Below, piece after piece: positions 1 to 12,089 of a DNA stretch of 64,000 nt. Positions within the stretch are counted from its first letter, which is position 1. The number at the start of each line of letters is the position of its first letter. The DNA is taken from positions 85,376,001-85,440,000 of the forward strand of contig NC_086108.1 in NCBI RefSeq assembly GCF_963921235.1, written 5' to 3'. The position numbers were made by a program, and so were the translations under genes. This stretch comes from Mobula hypostoma (lineage: Eukaryota). The notes beneath the pieces were generated by a model that saw nothing but the letters and a program-made list of their open reading frames with translations, was not told the origin of the DNA and did not search any database.

Positions 1-469
1 CTCTTGCCTTAAATCCAGGAGGCAATACTTTTTTTGCAATTATTATTTTTTTGTTATAAATCAATGCACATGGCTGAGTATATTGTGCTGCTAAAATAAT
101 TTTCTTGCTCTGCGGGAACTTTTCCAATATCTGCACTTTCTAAAGTGAGTGGCACCATGCTGTGCCTGATTTGGCCTTCTTCCACCTGCTTCCTTGATCT
201 TATGGGAGTTTCAAACTCTGCGTGCCAATTAGTCACATCTCTTTACATTATAAGCCAGCTGTCGCCTTGTAAAGCCCTCCTGTTCTCAGGAAGTGGATGC
301 CTCTAAATCATTTTTTATATAATTTCAAGGAAAACTTCTTGTTTCTTGCTACTACAGTAACTGTGTCTCAAAAAATGAGTTTTTCTCCAATGAACCTTGC
401 TCTATTAATCCATCCATCCTATATCCAAATTTACCATCGAAAGAAATGAGCATCCAGCCCAGAGTTGCG

Positions 470-3450
470 ATTTCTGGTTGTTCTTCCTGAGGGAATGAGA
501 TGAATGAGTGGGTGAGGAACTTGTGTAGGGGATAGGATTTCAGATTTCTGGACTGCTGGGGAAGGTATGATCCTGTACAAAAAGGATGGGTTACAACTGA
601 GCCCGAGCAGGACCAATATCCTTATGGGCAGGTTTACTAGAGTTGTTGGAGAGGATTTTAACTATTTTAGCAGGGCGAAGGCAACTGGTGTGATAGGGCT
701 GAGGATGGAGCAATTGGTATACAAGACAACTCATTGTGTAGGGTGAGGATAGACAGGCAGATGACAGGGCAAAATTACAGTTAGTGGGATGAGTTGAAGT
801 GTAACATAGGGACAAAATCAAAAAGGGTGATGAATTCAGGACAGAAGATGTTATATTTGAATGCATGCAGTATATGGAATAAGGTAGATGATCTTGTAGC
901 ACAGTTAGAGATTGGCAGGTATGATGCTGTGGGCATTGCTGAGTTGTAGCTGAAAGAAGATCATAGTTGGGAGCATATCATCCATGGATACATTTTGTTT
1001 AAAAAGGACAGGCAGGTAGGTAGAAGGGTTGTGGTGGCTCAGATGGAAAAAAGTGAAATGAAATCCTGAGAAAGAAGTGACATAGAATCAGAAAGTGTAG
1101 AATCCTTGTGGGTAGAGTTAAAAAACTGCAAGGGTAAAAAGACCCTGATGGGAGTTATGTACAGACCTTCAAACAACCTAGAATGTGGGATATAAATTAC
1201 AATGGGAGCTAGAAAAGGCATGTAAAAAGGGCAATGTTACAACAGTCATGGGGATTTCAATATGCAGGTAGTTTGGGAAAATCAGGTCGGTGCTGGATCC
1301 CAAAAGAAGGAGTTTATAGAAAGCCTGTAAGATGGATTTCTAGAGCACTTTGTGGTTGAACTCACTACGGGGATCAGCAATTCTGGGTTGAGTATTGTGT
1401 AATGAACAAGATTTGATTAGAGAGCTTAAGGTAAAGGAACTTTTAGGAGACAGTGATCATAATATGATAGAATTAACTCTGCAGTTTGAGAAGGAGAAGC
1501 TAAAGTCAGTAGGGAAAAGGGAATTACAGAGACATGAGAGAAGAGCAGGCTGATGTTGATTTGAAGGGGACACAATCAAGAATGCCAGCAGAATAGCAAT
1601 GGATAGAGTTTCTAAGGGAAATTCAGAAGATGCAGGATAAATACGTCTCAAAGATGAAGAAATATCCTAAAAGGAGGAAGAGGCATCCTTGGCTGACAAA
1701 GGAAAGCATAGGAGGAAAAGAGAGGCCATAGCAAAAATTAATTGCAAGTTAGAGGGTTGAGAATTTTTTGAAAACCAATGGAAGGCAGCCAAAAAAGTAA
1801 CAAGGAGAGAAAAGATAGCCAATAATATAGCAAAGGATGTTAACCAAGTGCCAGAAGAGTCTCAAGGGGCCAAAGTAAGTGTAATTGCTATTGCTAAGGA
1901 GAAGGTGCTCGAGAAGCTGAAAGGACTGAAGGTAGATAAATCACCTGAACCAGATTGACTACACCCAAGCATTCTGAAACAGGTAACACAAGAGATTGTG
2001 GAGGCGTTAGTAATGATTTTGGAATGGTTCCGGAGGACTAGAAATTTGCAACTGTCTTTCCATTCCTGAAGAATGAAGGGAGGCAGAAGAAAGGAAATTA
2101 CAGCCCAATTAGCCTGACTTCAGTAGTTGGGAAGACATTGGAGTCCAATTTTAAGGATGAGGTTTTGGTGTACTTGAAGGTGCAGGATAAAGAAGGCCAA
2201 GGTCAGCATGGTTTCTTTAGGGAAAGCTTGCCTGACAAATCTGTTAGAACTCTTTGGGGAAATAACAGCTTGATTGACGAAGGAGTGCCAGTGGATGTTG
2301 TTTATTTAGATTTTCAGAAGGCTGCACATGAGGCTGCTTTCAAGATAAGAGCCCATAATATTACAGGAAAGATACAAGCATGGATAGAAGTTTGGCTAAT
2401 AGGCAGGAGGCAAAGAGTGGGAATAAATGAGATGTATTCTAGTTGGTTGTCAGTGACTAGTGGTGTTCCACAAGGGCAAGTATTGGGCCCATTTCTTTTC
2501 AAGCTATATGTCAATGATTAGATGATTGAAACTATGACTTGGGGCCAAGTTTGCAGAACGATACAAAGATGGATGTACGGGCAGGTAAGTGTTGGGGAAA
2601 CAGGAAGTCTGCAGAAGGACATAGGCAGATTGGGAGAATGGGCAAAAAGTGACAGATGGAATATAATGTATATGTCATGCACATTGGTAGAAGAATAAAG
2701 GTGTAAACAATTTTCTAAACAGGGCGAAAATAAAAATATCAGAGGTTCAAAGGGATTTGAGAGTCTTTGTGCAGGATTCCCTAAATGTTAACTTGCATGT
2801 TGATCAGGTGGTAAGAAAGGCAAATAGAATGTTACTATTCATTCTTGGAGGACTCAAATATAAGAGCAAGGATGTGATGCTAAGGCTTTATAAGGTATTG
2901 ACCAGGCTGCACTTGGTGCATTGTGAGCAATTTTTGGCCTCTTATCTCAGAAAAGATGTGCTGGCATTGGAGAAGTTCCAGAGAAGGTTCATGAGAGTAA
3001 CTTTCTGAAAGAAAGGATTAATGTATGAGGAGCATTTGACTGGCCTATACTCACTGGCGTTTAGAAGAATAAGGGGCAATCTCATTGAAACCTATTGCAT
3101 ATTGAAAGGCCTAGATAGAGTGGATGTGAAAAGGATGTTTCCATTAGTGGGTGAGTCTAGAACCAGAGGCACAGCCTCAGAATAGAAGGGAGAACAGAGT
3201 TGAGGAGGAATTCATTTGGCCAGATGGTAGTGAATCTGTGGAATTCATTGCCATGGACGGTTGTGGAGGCCAAGTCACTGAGTATATTTAAAATGGAAAT
3301 TGATAGGTTCTTGATTAGTCAAGGCATTGAAGGTTACAGGGAGAAGGCAAGAGAATAGGGTTGAGAGGGATAATAAATCAGCCATGATGGAATAGCAGAA
3401 CAGATTTGATGGGCTGAGTGGTCTAGTTCTGTTCCTATCTCTTATAGTTT
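470..3450 (+). mobile_element. Old degenerate CR1 LINE: ORF1 esterase C-terminus remnant, broken ORF2 (APE + RT) and 3' UTR
   Basis: ~490-665 resembles the end of the CR1 SGNH-esterase ORF1 (..LYKKDGLQL..TNILMGRF..). ORF2 pieces include VDVVYLDFQKA and SGVPQGQVLGP (2138-2521) and MLRLYKVLTRLHL (2757-3008). Many stops and frameshifts. Ends in a CR1-type 3' UTR near 3450. Confidence 0.9.
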
Positions 3451-3715
3451 AGATGATGGAATAGATGACTTTGTTGCAAAGATTGGTGGAGGAGCAGGGA
3501 GTGTTGAGGAAACAGGTAGGATGCAGAAGGATTTAGACAGATTAGGAGAATGGGCAAGAAAGTGGCAAATGAAATACAATGTTGAAAAATGCATGGTCAT
3601 ATACTTTGGTAGTAGAAATAAATGTATGGACTATTTCCTAAACAGGAATAAAATCCAAAAATCGGATTTGCAAAGGGATTTGGGAGTCCTTGTATAGAAC
3701 ACTCTAAAGATTAAT

Positions 3716-6700
3716 TTGCAAGTTGAGTTGGTGGTGAGGAAGGCAAATGCAATGTTAGCATTCATTTCAAGGGGTCCAGAATACAAGAACAAGAATATGA
3801 TGTTGAGGCTTTATAAGGCACTGGTGAGGCCTCACCTTGAGTATTGTGAACAGTTTTGGGCCCCTTATCTTAGAAAAGATGTGCTGGCATTGGAGAGGTT
3901 GGGGGGTGGGAATCAAATTAAAGAGGCTAGGCGAGAGGAGGTTAGTTCACAACAGGGGGATGGGAACCAGTGCAGAGAGACAGAGGGGTGTAAAGTGAGG
4001 GTAGAAGCAAAAAGTACTAAGGAGAAAAGTAAAAGTGGCAGGCCGACAAATCCAGGGCAAGCATCAAAAAGGGCCACTTTTCAACATAATTGTATAAGGG
4101 CTAAGAGAGTTGTAAAAGAGCACCTGAAGGCTTTGTGTGTCAATGCAAGGAGCATTTGTAACAAGGTGGATGAATTGAAAGTGCAGATTGTTATTAATGA
4201 TTATGATATAGTTGGGATCACAGAGACATGGCTCCAGGGTGACCAAGGATGGGAGCTCAACGTTCAGGGATATTCAATATTCAGGAGGGATAGACATGAA
4301 AGAAAAGGAGGTGGGGTGGCGTTGCTGGTTAAAGATGAGATTAACGCAATAGAAAGGAAGGACATAAGCCGGGAAGATGTGGAATCAATATGGGTAGAGC
4401 TGCGTAACACTAAGGGGCAGAAAATGCTGGTGGGAGTTGTGTACAGGCCACCTAACAGTAATAGTGAGGTCAGAGATGGTATTAAAGAGGAAATTAGAAA
4501 TGTGTGCAATAAAGGAACAGCAGTTATAATGGGTGACTTCAATCTACATGTAGATTGGGTGAACCAAATTGGTAAAGGTGCTGAGGAAGAGGATTTCTTG
4601 GAATGTATGTGGGATGGTTTTTTGAACCAACATGTCGAGGAACCAACTAGAGAGCAGGCTATTCTAGACTGGATTTTGAGCAATGAGGAAGGGTTAATTA
4701 GCAATCTTGTCGTGAGAGGCCCCTTGGGTAAGAGTGACCATAATATGGTGGAATTCTTTATTAAGATGGAGAGTGACATAGTTAATTCAGAAACAAAGGT
4801 TCTGAACTTAAAGAGGGGTAACTTTGAAGGTATGAGACGTGAATTAGCTAAGGTGGACTGGCAAATGACACTTAAAGGATTGACGGTGGATATGCAATGG
4901 CAAGAATTTAAGGATTGCATGGATGAACTACAACAATTGTTCATCCCAGTTTGGCAAAAGAATAAATCAAGGAAGGTAGTGCACCCGTGGCTGACAAGAG
5001 AAATTAGGGATAGTATCAATTCCAAAGAAAAAGCATACAAATTAGCCAGAAAAAGTGGCTCACCTGAGGACTGGGAGAAATTCAGAGTTCAGCAGAGGAG
5101 GGCAAAGGACTTAATTAGGAAGGGGAAAAAAGATTATGAGAGAAAACTGGCAGGGAACATAAAAACTGACTGTAAAAGCTTTTATAGATATGTAAAAAGG
5201 AAAAGACTGGTAAAGACAAATGTAGGTCCCCTACAGACAGAAAGAGGTGAATTGATTATGGGGAGCAAGGACATGGCAGACCAATTGAATAATTACTTTG
5301 GTTCTGTCTTCACTAAGGAGGACATAAATAATCTTCCAGAAATAGTAGGGGACAGAGGGTCCAGCGAGATGGAGGAACTGAGCGAAGTACATGTTAGTAG
5401 GGAAGTGGTGTTGGGTAAATTGAAGGGATTAAAGGCAGATAAATCCCCAGGGCCAGATGGTCTGCATCCCAGAGTGCTTAAGGAAGTAGCCCAAGAAATA
5501 GTGGATGCATTAGTGATAATTTTTCAAAACTCGTTAGATTCTGGACTAGTTCCTGTGGATTGGAGGGTGGCTAATGTAACCCCACTTTTTAAAAAAGGAG
5601 GGAGAGAGAAACCGGGGAATTATAGACCTGTTAGCCTAATGTCGGTGGTGGGGAAACTGCTAGAGTCAGTTATCAAAGATGTGATAACAGCACATTTGGA
5701 AAGTGGTGAAATCATCGGACAAAGTCAGCATGGATTTATGAAAGGAAAATCATGTCTGACGAATCTCATAGAATTTTTTGAGGATGTAACTAGTAGAGTG
5801 GATAGGGGAGAAGCAGTGGATGTGGTATATTTGGATTTTCAAAAGGCTTTTGACAAGGTCCCACACAAGAGAGTAGTGTGCAAACTTAAAGCACACGGTA
5901 TTGGGGGTGAGGTATTGATGTGGATAGAGAATTGGTTAGCAGCCAGGAAGCAAAGAGTGGGAATAAACGGGACCTTTTCAGAATGGCAGGCAGTGACTAG
6001 TGGGGTACCGCAAGGCTCAGTGCTGGGACCCCAGTTGTTTACAATATATATTAATGACTTGGATGAGGAAATTAAATGCAGCATCTCCAAGTTTGCGGAT
6101 GGCACGAAGCTGGGTGGCAGTGTTAGCTGTGAGGAGGATGCTAAGAGGATGCAGGGTGACTTGGATAGGTTGGGTGAGTGGGCAAATTCATGGCAGATGC
6201 AATTTAATGTGGATAAATGTGAAGTTATCCACTTTGGTGGCAAAAATAGGAAAACAGATTATTATCTGAATGGTGGCCGATTAGGAAAAGGGGAGGTGCA
6301 ACGAGACCTGGGTGTCATTATACACCAGTCATTGAAAGTGGGCATCCAGGTACAGCAGGTGGTGAAAAAGGCGAATGGTATGCTGGCATTTATAGCGAGA
6401 GGATTCGAGTACAGGAGCAAGGAGGTACTACTGCAGTTGTACAAGGCCTTGGTGAGACCACACCTGGAGTATTGTGTGCAGTTTTGGTCCCCTAATCTGA
6501 GGAAAGACATCCTTGCCATAGAGGGAGTACAAAGAAGGTTCACCAGATTGATTCCTGGGATGGCAGGACTTTCATATGAAGAAAGACTGGATGAATTGGG
6601 CTTGTACTCGTTGGAATTTAGAAGATTGAGGGGGGATCTGATTGAAACGTATAAGATCCTAAAGGGATTGGACAGGCTAGATGCAGGAAGATTGTTCCCG

Positions 6701-6931
6701 ATGTTGGGGAAGTCCAGAACGAGGGGCCACAGTTTGAGGATAGAGGGGAAGCCTTTTAGGACCGAGATTAGGAAAAACTTCTTCACACAGAGAGTGGTGA
6801 ATCTGTGGAATTCTCTGCCACAGGAAACAGTTGAGGCCAGTTCATTGGCTATATTTAAGAGGGAGTTAGATATGGCCCTTGTGGCTACGGGGATCCGGGG
6901 GTATAGACGGAAGGCTGGTGCAGGGTTCTGA
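3716..6931 (+). CDS. CR1 ORF2-type protein: apurinic-like endonuclease + reverse transcriptase (first ~62 codons come from the older host CR1)
   Basis: APE motifs NARS, GITETW, VYRPP, MGDFN, LDWIL, SDHN. RT motifs NYRPVSL, QHGF, YLDFQKAFDKVPH, GVPQGSVLGPQLF, FADGTKL. The track start at 3716 is TTG. Confidence 0.9.
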   Translation: MQVELVVRKANAMLAFISRGPEYKNKNMMLRLYKALVRPHLEYCEQFWAPYLRKDVLALERLGGGNQIKEARREEVSSQQGDGNQCRETEGCKVRVEAKSTKEKSKSGRPTNPGQASKRATFQHNCIRAKRVVKEHLKALCVNARSICNKVDELKVQIVINDYDIVGITETWLQGDQGWELNVQGYSIFRRDRHERKGGGVALLVKDEINAIERKDISREDVESIWVELRNTKGQKMLVGVVYRPPNSNSEVRDGIKEEIRNVCNKGTAVIMGDFNLHVDWVNQIGKGAEEEDFLECMWDGFLNQHVEEPTREQAILDWILSNEEGLISNLVVRGPLGKSDHNMVEFFIKMESDIVNSETKVLNLKRGNFEGMRRELAKVDWQMTLKGLTVDMQWQEFKDCMDELQQLFIPVWQKNKSRKVVHPWLTREIRDSINSKEKAYKLARKSGSPEDWEKFRVQQRRAKDLIRKGKKDYERKLAGNIKTDCKSFYRYVKRKRLVKTNVGPLQTERGELIMGSKDMADQLNNYFGSVFTKEDINNLPEIVGDRGSSEMEELSEVHVSREVVLGKLKGLKADKSPGPDGLHPRVLKEVAQEIVDALVIIFQNSLDSGLVPVDWRVANVTPLFKKGGREKPGNYRPVSLMSVVGKLLESVIKDVITAHLESGEIIGQSQHGFMKGKSCLTNLIEFFEDVTSRVDRGEAVDVVYLDFQKAFDKVPHKRVVCKLKAHGIGGEVLMWIENWLAARKQRVGINGTFSEWQAVTSGVPQGSVLGPQLFTIYINDLDEEIKCSISKFADGTKLGGSVSCEEDAKRMQGDLDRLGEWANSWQMQFNVDKCEVIHFGGKNRKTDYYLNGGRLGKGEVQRDLGVIIHQSLKVGIQVQQVVKKANGMLAFIARGFEYRSKEVLLQLYKALVRPHLEYCVQFWSPNLRKDILAIEGVQRRFTRLIPGMAGLSYEERLDELGLYSLEFRRLRGDLIETYKILKGLDRLDAGRLFPMLGKSRTRGHSLRIEGKPFRTEIRKNFFTQRVVNLWNSLPQETVEASSLAIFKRELDMALVATGIRGYRRKAGAGF

Positions 6932-7032
6932 GTTGGATGATCAGCCATGATCATAATAAATGGTGGTGCAGGCTCGAAGGGCCGAATGGCCTACTCCTGC
7001 ACCTATTTTCTATGTTTCTATGTTTCTATGTT
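3901..7032 (+). mobile_element. Young 5'-truncated CR1 LINE with uninterrupted ORF2
   Basis: Starts in the inter-ORF region, has ~1010 stop-free codons, then a 3' UTR (ggctcgaagggccgaatggcctactcctgcacc) and a (TATGTTTC)n tail ending near 7032. Confidence 0.96.
7009..7032 (+). repeat. CR1 3' microsatellite tail (TATGTTTC)n
   Basis: tctatgtttctatgtttctatgtt directly after the CR1 3' UTR. Confidence 0.9.
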
Positions 7033-7549
7033 CCAAAGTTGGTTCACAGGGATGATTCCAGGAATGAAAGGGTTATCATATGAGGAACATTTGATGGCTC
7101 TGGGTCTGTTGTTGCTGGAATTCAGAAGGATGAGCGGGGATCTCATTGAAACCTTTCGAATGTTGAAAGCCTAGACAGAGTAGATGTGCAAAGGGCATCT
7201 CCCATGTTGGGAGAGTCTAGGACAAGAGGGCACAGCCTCAGGATAGAGGGGTGCCCTTTCAAAATAGAGATGCGGAGAAATTTCTTTAGCCAAAGGGTGG
7301 TGAATTTTGTGGAAGTTGTTGCCACATAAAGCTGTGGAGGCCAGGTCGTTGGGTGTATTTAAGGCAGAGATTGACAGGTTCTTGATTGGACACGGTATCA
7401 GAGGTTACGGGAAGAAGGCAGGGAAGTGGGGTTGAGGAGAAGATAAAAAAATGTGTTCAGCCATGGTTGAATGGAGGAGCAGACTCAATGGGCCAGATGG
7501 TCTAATTCTACTCCTACGTCTTATTTCTTTTACTGCTTGTGGTGTGGCT

Positions 7550-8195
7550 GACGAGTGTTTTCTGGATCTGGACCTGTACTCACTGGAATTTAGAAGAATT
7601 GGGTGGGGGGTTGTGGGGAGAATCTCATTGAAACCTATTGAATACTGAAAGGCCTAGATAGACTGGAGGTGGAGAGACAATTTTCCTACAGTTGGGGAGT
7701 CTTGGATCAGAGGGCCCTGCCTCAGAATGAAAGAATGCCCCTTTAGAACAGAGATAAAGAGGAATTTCTTTAGCCAGAGGGTGGTGAATCTGTGGAATTC
7801 ATTGACACAGGCAGCTGTGGGGGCTAAATCATTGGGTATATTTGAAGCGGAGGTTGATAGGTTCTTGATTAGTAAGGGTGTCCAAGGTTACTGGGAGAAG
7901 GCAGGAGAATGGGATTGAGAGGGATAATAAATCAGCCATGATGGAATGGTGGAGGACTTGACGGACCGAATGGTCTAATTCTACTCCAATATCTTCTGGT
8001 CTTATGGTTTGGAAGATGCTGTTGCAGAGACCTAAGTGTGGAAATGCTGAACATTTCATAAATCAAAGGTTATGGTGAGAAGGCGGGGGGTGGGACTAAA
8101 TGGGAGAATGGATCAGCTCATGATAAAATGGCGGAGCATACTCGATGGGCCGAATGACCAACTTCTGCTCCTTTGTCTTATTGTCTTTATTGTCT
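7550..8195 (+). mobile_element. Two further CR1 3'-end fragments (~7550-8010 and ~8055-8195)
   Basis: LYSLEFRR and NFFSQRVVNLWNSL remnants, each followed by the CR1 3' UTR and a (ttatggtc/ttattgtc)-type tail. Confidence 0.85.
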
Positions 8196-8406
8196 AAATA
8201 GTAAACATTTCATTTCTAATGTGCTGGTGAAAATGGACATGAATGTGAAGGGTGTTGGAGGTTGCCTTGTCCTGGATGTGGCTAGCATAGAACTGCTGGA
8301 AACCTGAAATAAGAACAAAACTTGCTCCAGGTCATGCAACGATTTATAAGGGTTAGCAACCTGAAATTTTCAAGAAGTTTCTCTGTCCACGCATGCAAAC
8401 TGAATT

Positions 8407-8790
8407 GATTAGATTAGATTAGATTAGATTATGAGGGCACGCAGTCCTCGTTTATTGTCATTTAGTAATGCATGCATTAAGAAATGATACAATGTTCCTC
8501 CAGAATGATATCACAGAAACACAAGACAAACCAAGACTAAAAAAGCTGACAAAAACCACATAATTATAACATATGGTTACAACAGTGCAAAGCAATACCG
8601 TAATTTGATAAAGAACAGACCATGGGCACGGTAAAAAAAAGTCTCAAAGTCTCTCGAAAGTCCCATCATCTCACGCATATGGTAGAAGGAAGAGAAATTC
8701 TCTTCCTGCCATGAACCTCCAGCACCGCAAACTTGCCGATGCAGCACCCTGGAAGCACCCGACCGCAGCCGACTCTTGAGTCCGTCCGAT
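8407..8790 (-). mobile_element. 5'-truncated non-LTR element or SINE 3' end with (TCTAA)n tail
   Basis: Begins with (ttaga)3-4, followed by tttatt (AATAAA on the minus strand). CpG-rich body, abrupt end near 8790. Confidence 0.55.
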
Positions 8791-9049
8791 CAGGACATTT
8801 CCAGTGTCTCCTGATCATCTGCATCATGAGTGTTATTGCAGCTGCACTCATTCAAACAAGTAAAGAATATTTTATAACGCTGTTGACTTAGTGATAGAAA
8901 TACTTTGGGAGGTTAGGAGGTGAGTGGCTTCTTACAGGCTGCCCAGCTCCTGAACTGCTTGTATAGCTGAAGTATTTGGTGTGATGAGTCCTGGCGAGTG
9001 TCAGTCGGTCGTGATCCCTGGGATATTGGTGACGGAGGACTCATCACAG

Positions 9050-9700
9050 ATGATTCAACATTCAAGATTTCAGTTTATCTATCACATATATACTATACAG
9101 CAAAACATACAAGTGAAATGTGCCATTTACATTTAAAACCAAAACATCCAAAGGTGCACTGGGGCAGCTTGCAAATATTGCCACACATTCTGGCCCCAAA
9201 GCAGCAAAACAGAATGCAGCAAGCAACAGTACGAAAGCATCAAAACGAGCCCCATTCTTCCTGTCTCTACATGCACATACACAGCCCCCTAACCCCAAAA
9301 CAGTCTGCATCATTTGGCTTCCAATGGATTTACATTCAGATATGGACACGGAAACATTGGGCTACCCCAGCTACCCCAGCTGACTCAAAGGGATCTGCAG
9401 ACCCAGGACTCTGGGTAATGGGCCTCGACGTCTGCATTTCCAACTTGACCTTTGAGCCCTGATCCTCGGCATTGCTCACAGGTCATGCTGATCCTCGAAC
9501 ACCAGGCCTTGAATGCTGGACTTGTTGATGACACGACCCTGAACACTAAGCCTCAAGCAACGGTCTCACTGATTCAGAAACCTAGGGGGTCATCAGGCCT
9601 CGTTCCTCCTGCCCTAATGGAATGCTGACCCTGGAACCCGCTAACAACTTGCTGACTCTGGAGGAGCCACCAGCCTTCATTCACACTGGTTAGTATGAGT
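9050..9700 (-). mobile_element. Degenerate non-autonomous retroposon (SINE-like)
   Basis: ttcaacattcaag tail and a segment similar to the SINE at ~26360-26480 (gggcag..caaat..ccacacattctggc). Confidence 0.4.
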
Positions 9701-9866
9701 GTTAATGGTAGCCAGCTGGATTCTTTCTTGATAAAGGGGGTTACTTCCTGCTTTTGTGAAGCACAGATGTTATCTGCTACTTATTTCCATCCAGAAGGGA
9801 TAATCAGAAAATAATTATGCTCTTTGTGAAGAGCCACATTTGAAAGAAGTGTCGGTTGGTGGGTAA

Positions 9867-10476
9867 TGTCACACTGGATTGTTAATTTGTGCTTCAACTC
9901 TTCCGTATGTGGATCTGGGGTATGATGGCTGAAGGGCGCTGAAATACAAGCATACTGTCAATCATGTCCACTACTATCTTCCTGTCCCAGCAGCCGAAGT
10001 GAGGGCATACACCTGACTTCAGCTCAGAGAAAATCCTGTCTAACTGAGACTGTCACAGCCACGGATTCGGCAGCACAGCAGATTCGGCAATTACACTCAT
10101 GAATATGCACATGTCAGCTAATTATTATTTCATCGTGATAGTATTTAACTCCATTCATTCTGTTGTAGAATTTCTTGAGACTTGGAAACAGCAACGCTTT
10201 GCTGCCTGCTTGCATTCTGCCTTTGCCTGAGAAATTGGACTGTTGAGTCAACTTACTCTGAAGACCAGTGGTATTCATTTTATTCTTAGTTGTGCTTTTC
10301 AGCTGCAGTGTAGGCATCGTTTTCCATTTTGAGAGCTTTAGTTAATGGCCCTGTTTGGCCTAGTGTTTATTGTTTTCCATTTCCTTTTAACACTGTTCGC
10401 ATTAAAGTCTGTGATCTATCAACCTGCTTCAGTGTCTCTCACTCCGTACTTGGGCCATGTCCGAACCCCAATTACA
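9867..10476 (+). mobile_element. Possible solo LTR
   Basis: Starts TGTCAC, has ATTAAA near 10401 followed by a U5-like tract, and ends ATTACA. No matching TSD seen. Confidence 0.4.
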
Positions 10477-11251
10477 GAGAGACAGAAGAAATAAACAGTT
10501 GACACTTCAGGTAAATGTCTCGACCTAAAATGTCGACTGTTTATTTCCCTCCATTGATGCTGCCTGACCTGCTGAATTCCTTCAGCATTTGGTGGGTGTT
10601 GTTTCCTGTTTAACTGCTTGACACATCTGATGCCAACCCAGTGATAGCTGTGTCCTCATTAAATGGTATCTTCTTTTCTGAATGTATTGGTATTTACAAG
10701 TTTCTCCTTTTTTAAAAAAATTCCTTAAAATACAGGGTATGAGGCAAAGAGTAAAGTCATCGTCATAGAGTTTACCTCTTGCCCAACCCTGTAAATTTGG
10801 CTGTTCAGGTTTGAACTTGCTGATACCTGTGTTTTTGACTTTAAGGTATTAATTACATTGTTATCATAAAAATAGCTAAAGAAATTAAAGAGCTGCCTGC
10901 CTTACACATTGATGGATTCAAGTTGCATCTTAATTCTTATGTTACAGCCACTCCTCTCCCATTTGGCGATGGGTCACAAATCTGATCTCAGCTAATGCAC
11001 CATACTGTCATTATTTGACTCTAGGTATGATATGAATCTTTAATTGCATATTGCACAAACTGAACTTCATCCAGGGTGCCAGAGCTCACAATGTAATGTT
11101 GGCCTCCTTAGGTGATAGCTGCTATAATTGGCTCCGCAGTTGTTGTTATAAATGGGTTAAGTAGCTGTTTGGTTTCAAGGATAAGCACACATTCTGGTGT
11201 GTTATGATTATTTAATTGTTCTTATTTCCTTCATTTTCACTTAGTCAGCTT

Positions 11252-11481
11252 TGTTGTGTATTTAATATTTCAGTAACATTTAAGTAATACTGCAAATATA
11301 TTGTTTGATTAAACATTCTTTGTTTACATAATTCATTATGGGTTATACTGTATGTAAAAGTACGTCATTACTCCACCATGTCATAAGTGCGTGTCTCTCT
11401 AAAGTAGTAATGAAGAGTACATGTTTATCGCAGTTTCCCGTGTTTTCTTTCAGTTAGTTTATGACATTGGAATGCATAACA
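11252..11481 (+). repeat. Gypsy 5' LTR
   Basis: tgttgtgtatttaatatttcagtaa...cataaca, followed by a degenerate PBS; homologous to 20336-20558, 52850-53091 and ~55325-55560. Confidence 0.9.
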
Positions 11482-12089
11482 TTGTTGACAAGTAAGTTTT
11501 AAAAGGAGCCCGAGATGACTACTTACCTATTGAAGCAGAACACGTTTTCTTACTTGGAAGTGGAGAGAAATGTTCGAGTTTTAAAAAAATCACAGCACCT
11601 GCATCTTTGGAAGAGAAGAATGAAAGTCGAATTTTTTAAAAAAGGCAAAAAATGAACAAAATTCACAGGTTCATAGACGATGAGTACCGGGTGACAATAA
11701 TAATAGAATTAAATAATCCAGAAATGGCTGGCTACATTAGAAAAATAGATACGTTTGATTGCACCAAGATAACTGGGTGATGTATACTGAGCAATATGTT
11801 AAATGAAATGGAATAGCTGATGAGAAATGAGTGCCTGTTTTGTTGGCTGCCATTGCTGGAAGACCATACAATTTCCTTAGAAGTTTGAACGCTCCAACCA
11901 AACCAGCTGAAATGAGCTTTGCTGATATTGTGAACATAATGCAAGAGAATATTTAGAACTAAAACCATTGTTGATTTGCGGAATGCTTTAGAGTTAAGTG
12001 TAATCAAAAGGAAAGGGAGTCCATTTCAGCATTCATGGCTGAATTGAAGAAGTTTTCTGAGCAGAGTCAGTTCAGTGATGGGCTTGTGG

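Larger units (their letters stand above)
3450..7530 (+). mobile_element. Older 5'-truncated CR1 (3450-3900 plus 7033-7530), split by a young CR1
   Basis: Reading ..KDVLALER at 3900 resumes after 7032 as ..FQSWFTGMIPGMKGLSYEE.., i.e. contiguous CR1 ORF2 C-terminus followed by a 3' UTR. Confidence 0.88.

Noticed and set aside
3716..6931. RT as part of a prokaryotic retron, DGR or group II intron system
   Set aside because: The APE + RT architecture, CR1 3' UTR and microsatellite tail identify a vertebrate LINE; there is no operon context.
4264..6954. Long minus-strand ORFs (258, 134 and 230 aa)
   Set aside because: They lie exactly antisense to CR1 ORF2 and have no domain motifs of their own; they are shadow ORFs.
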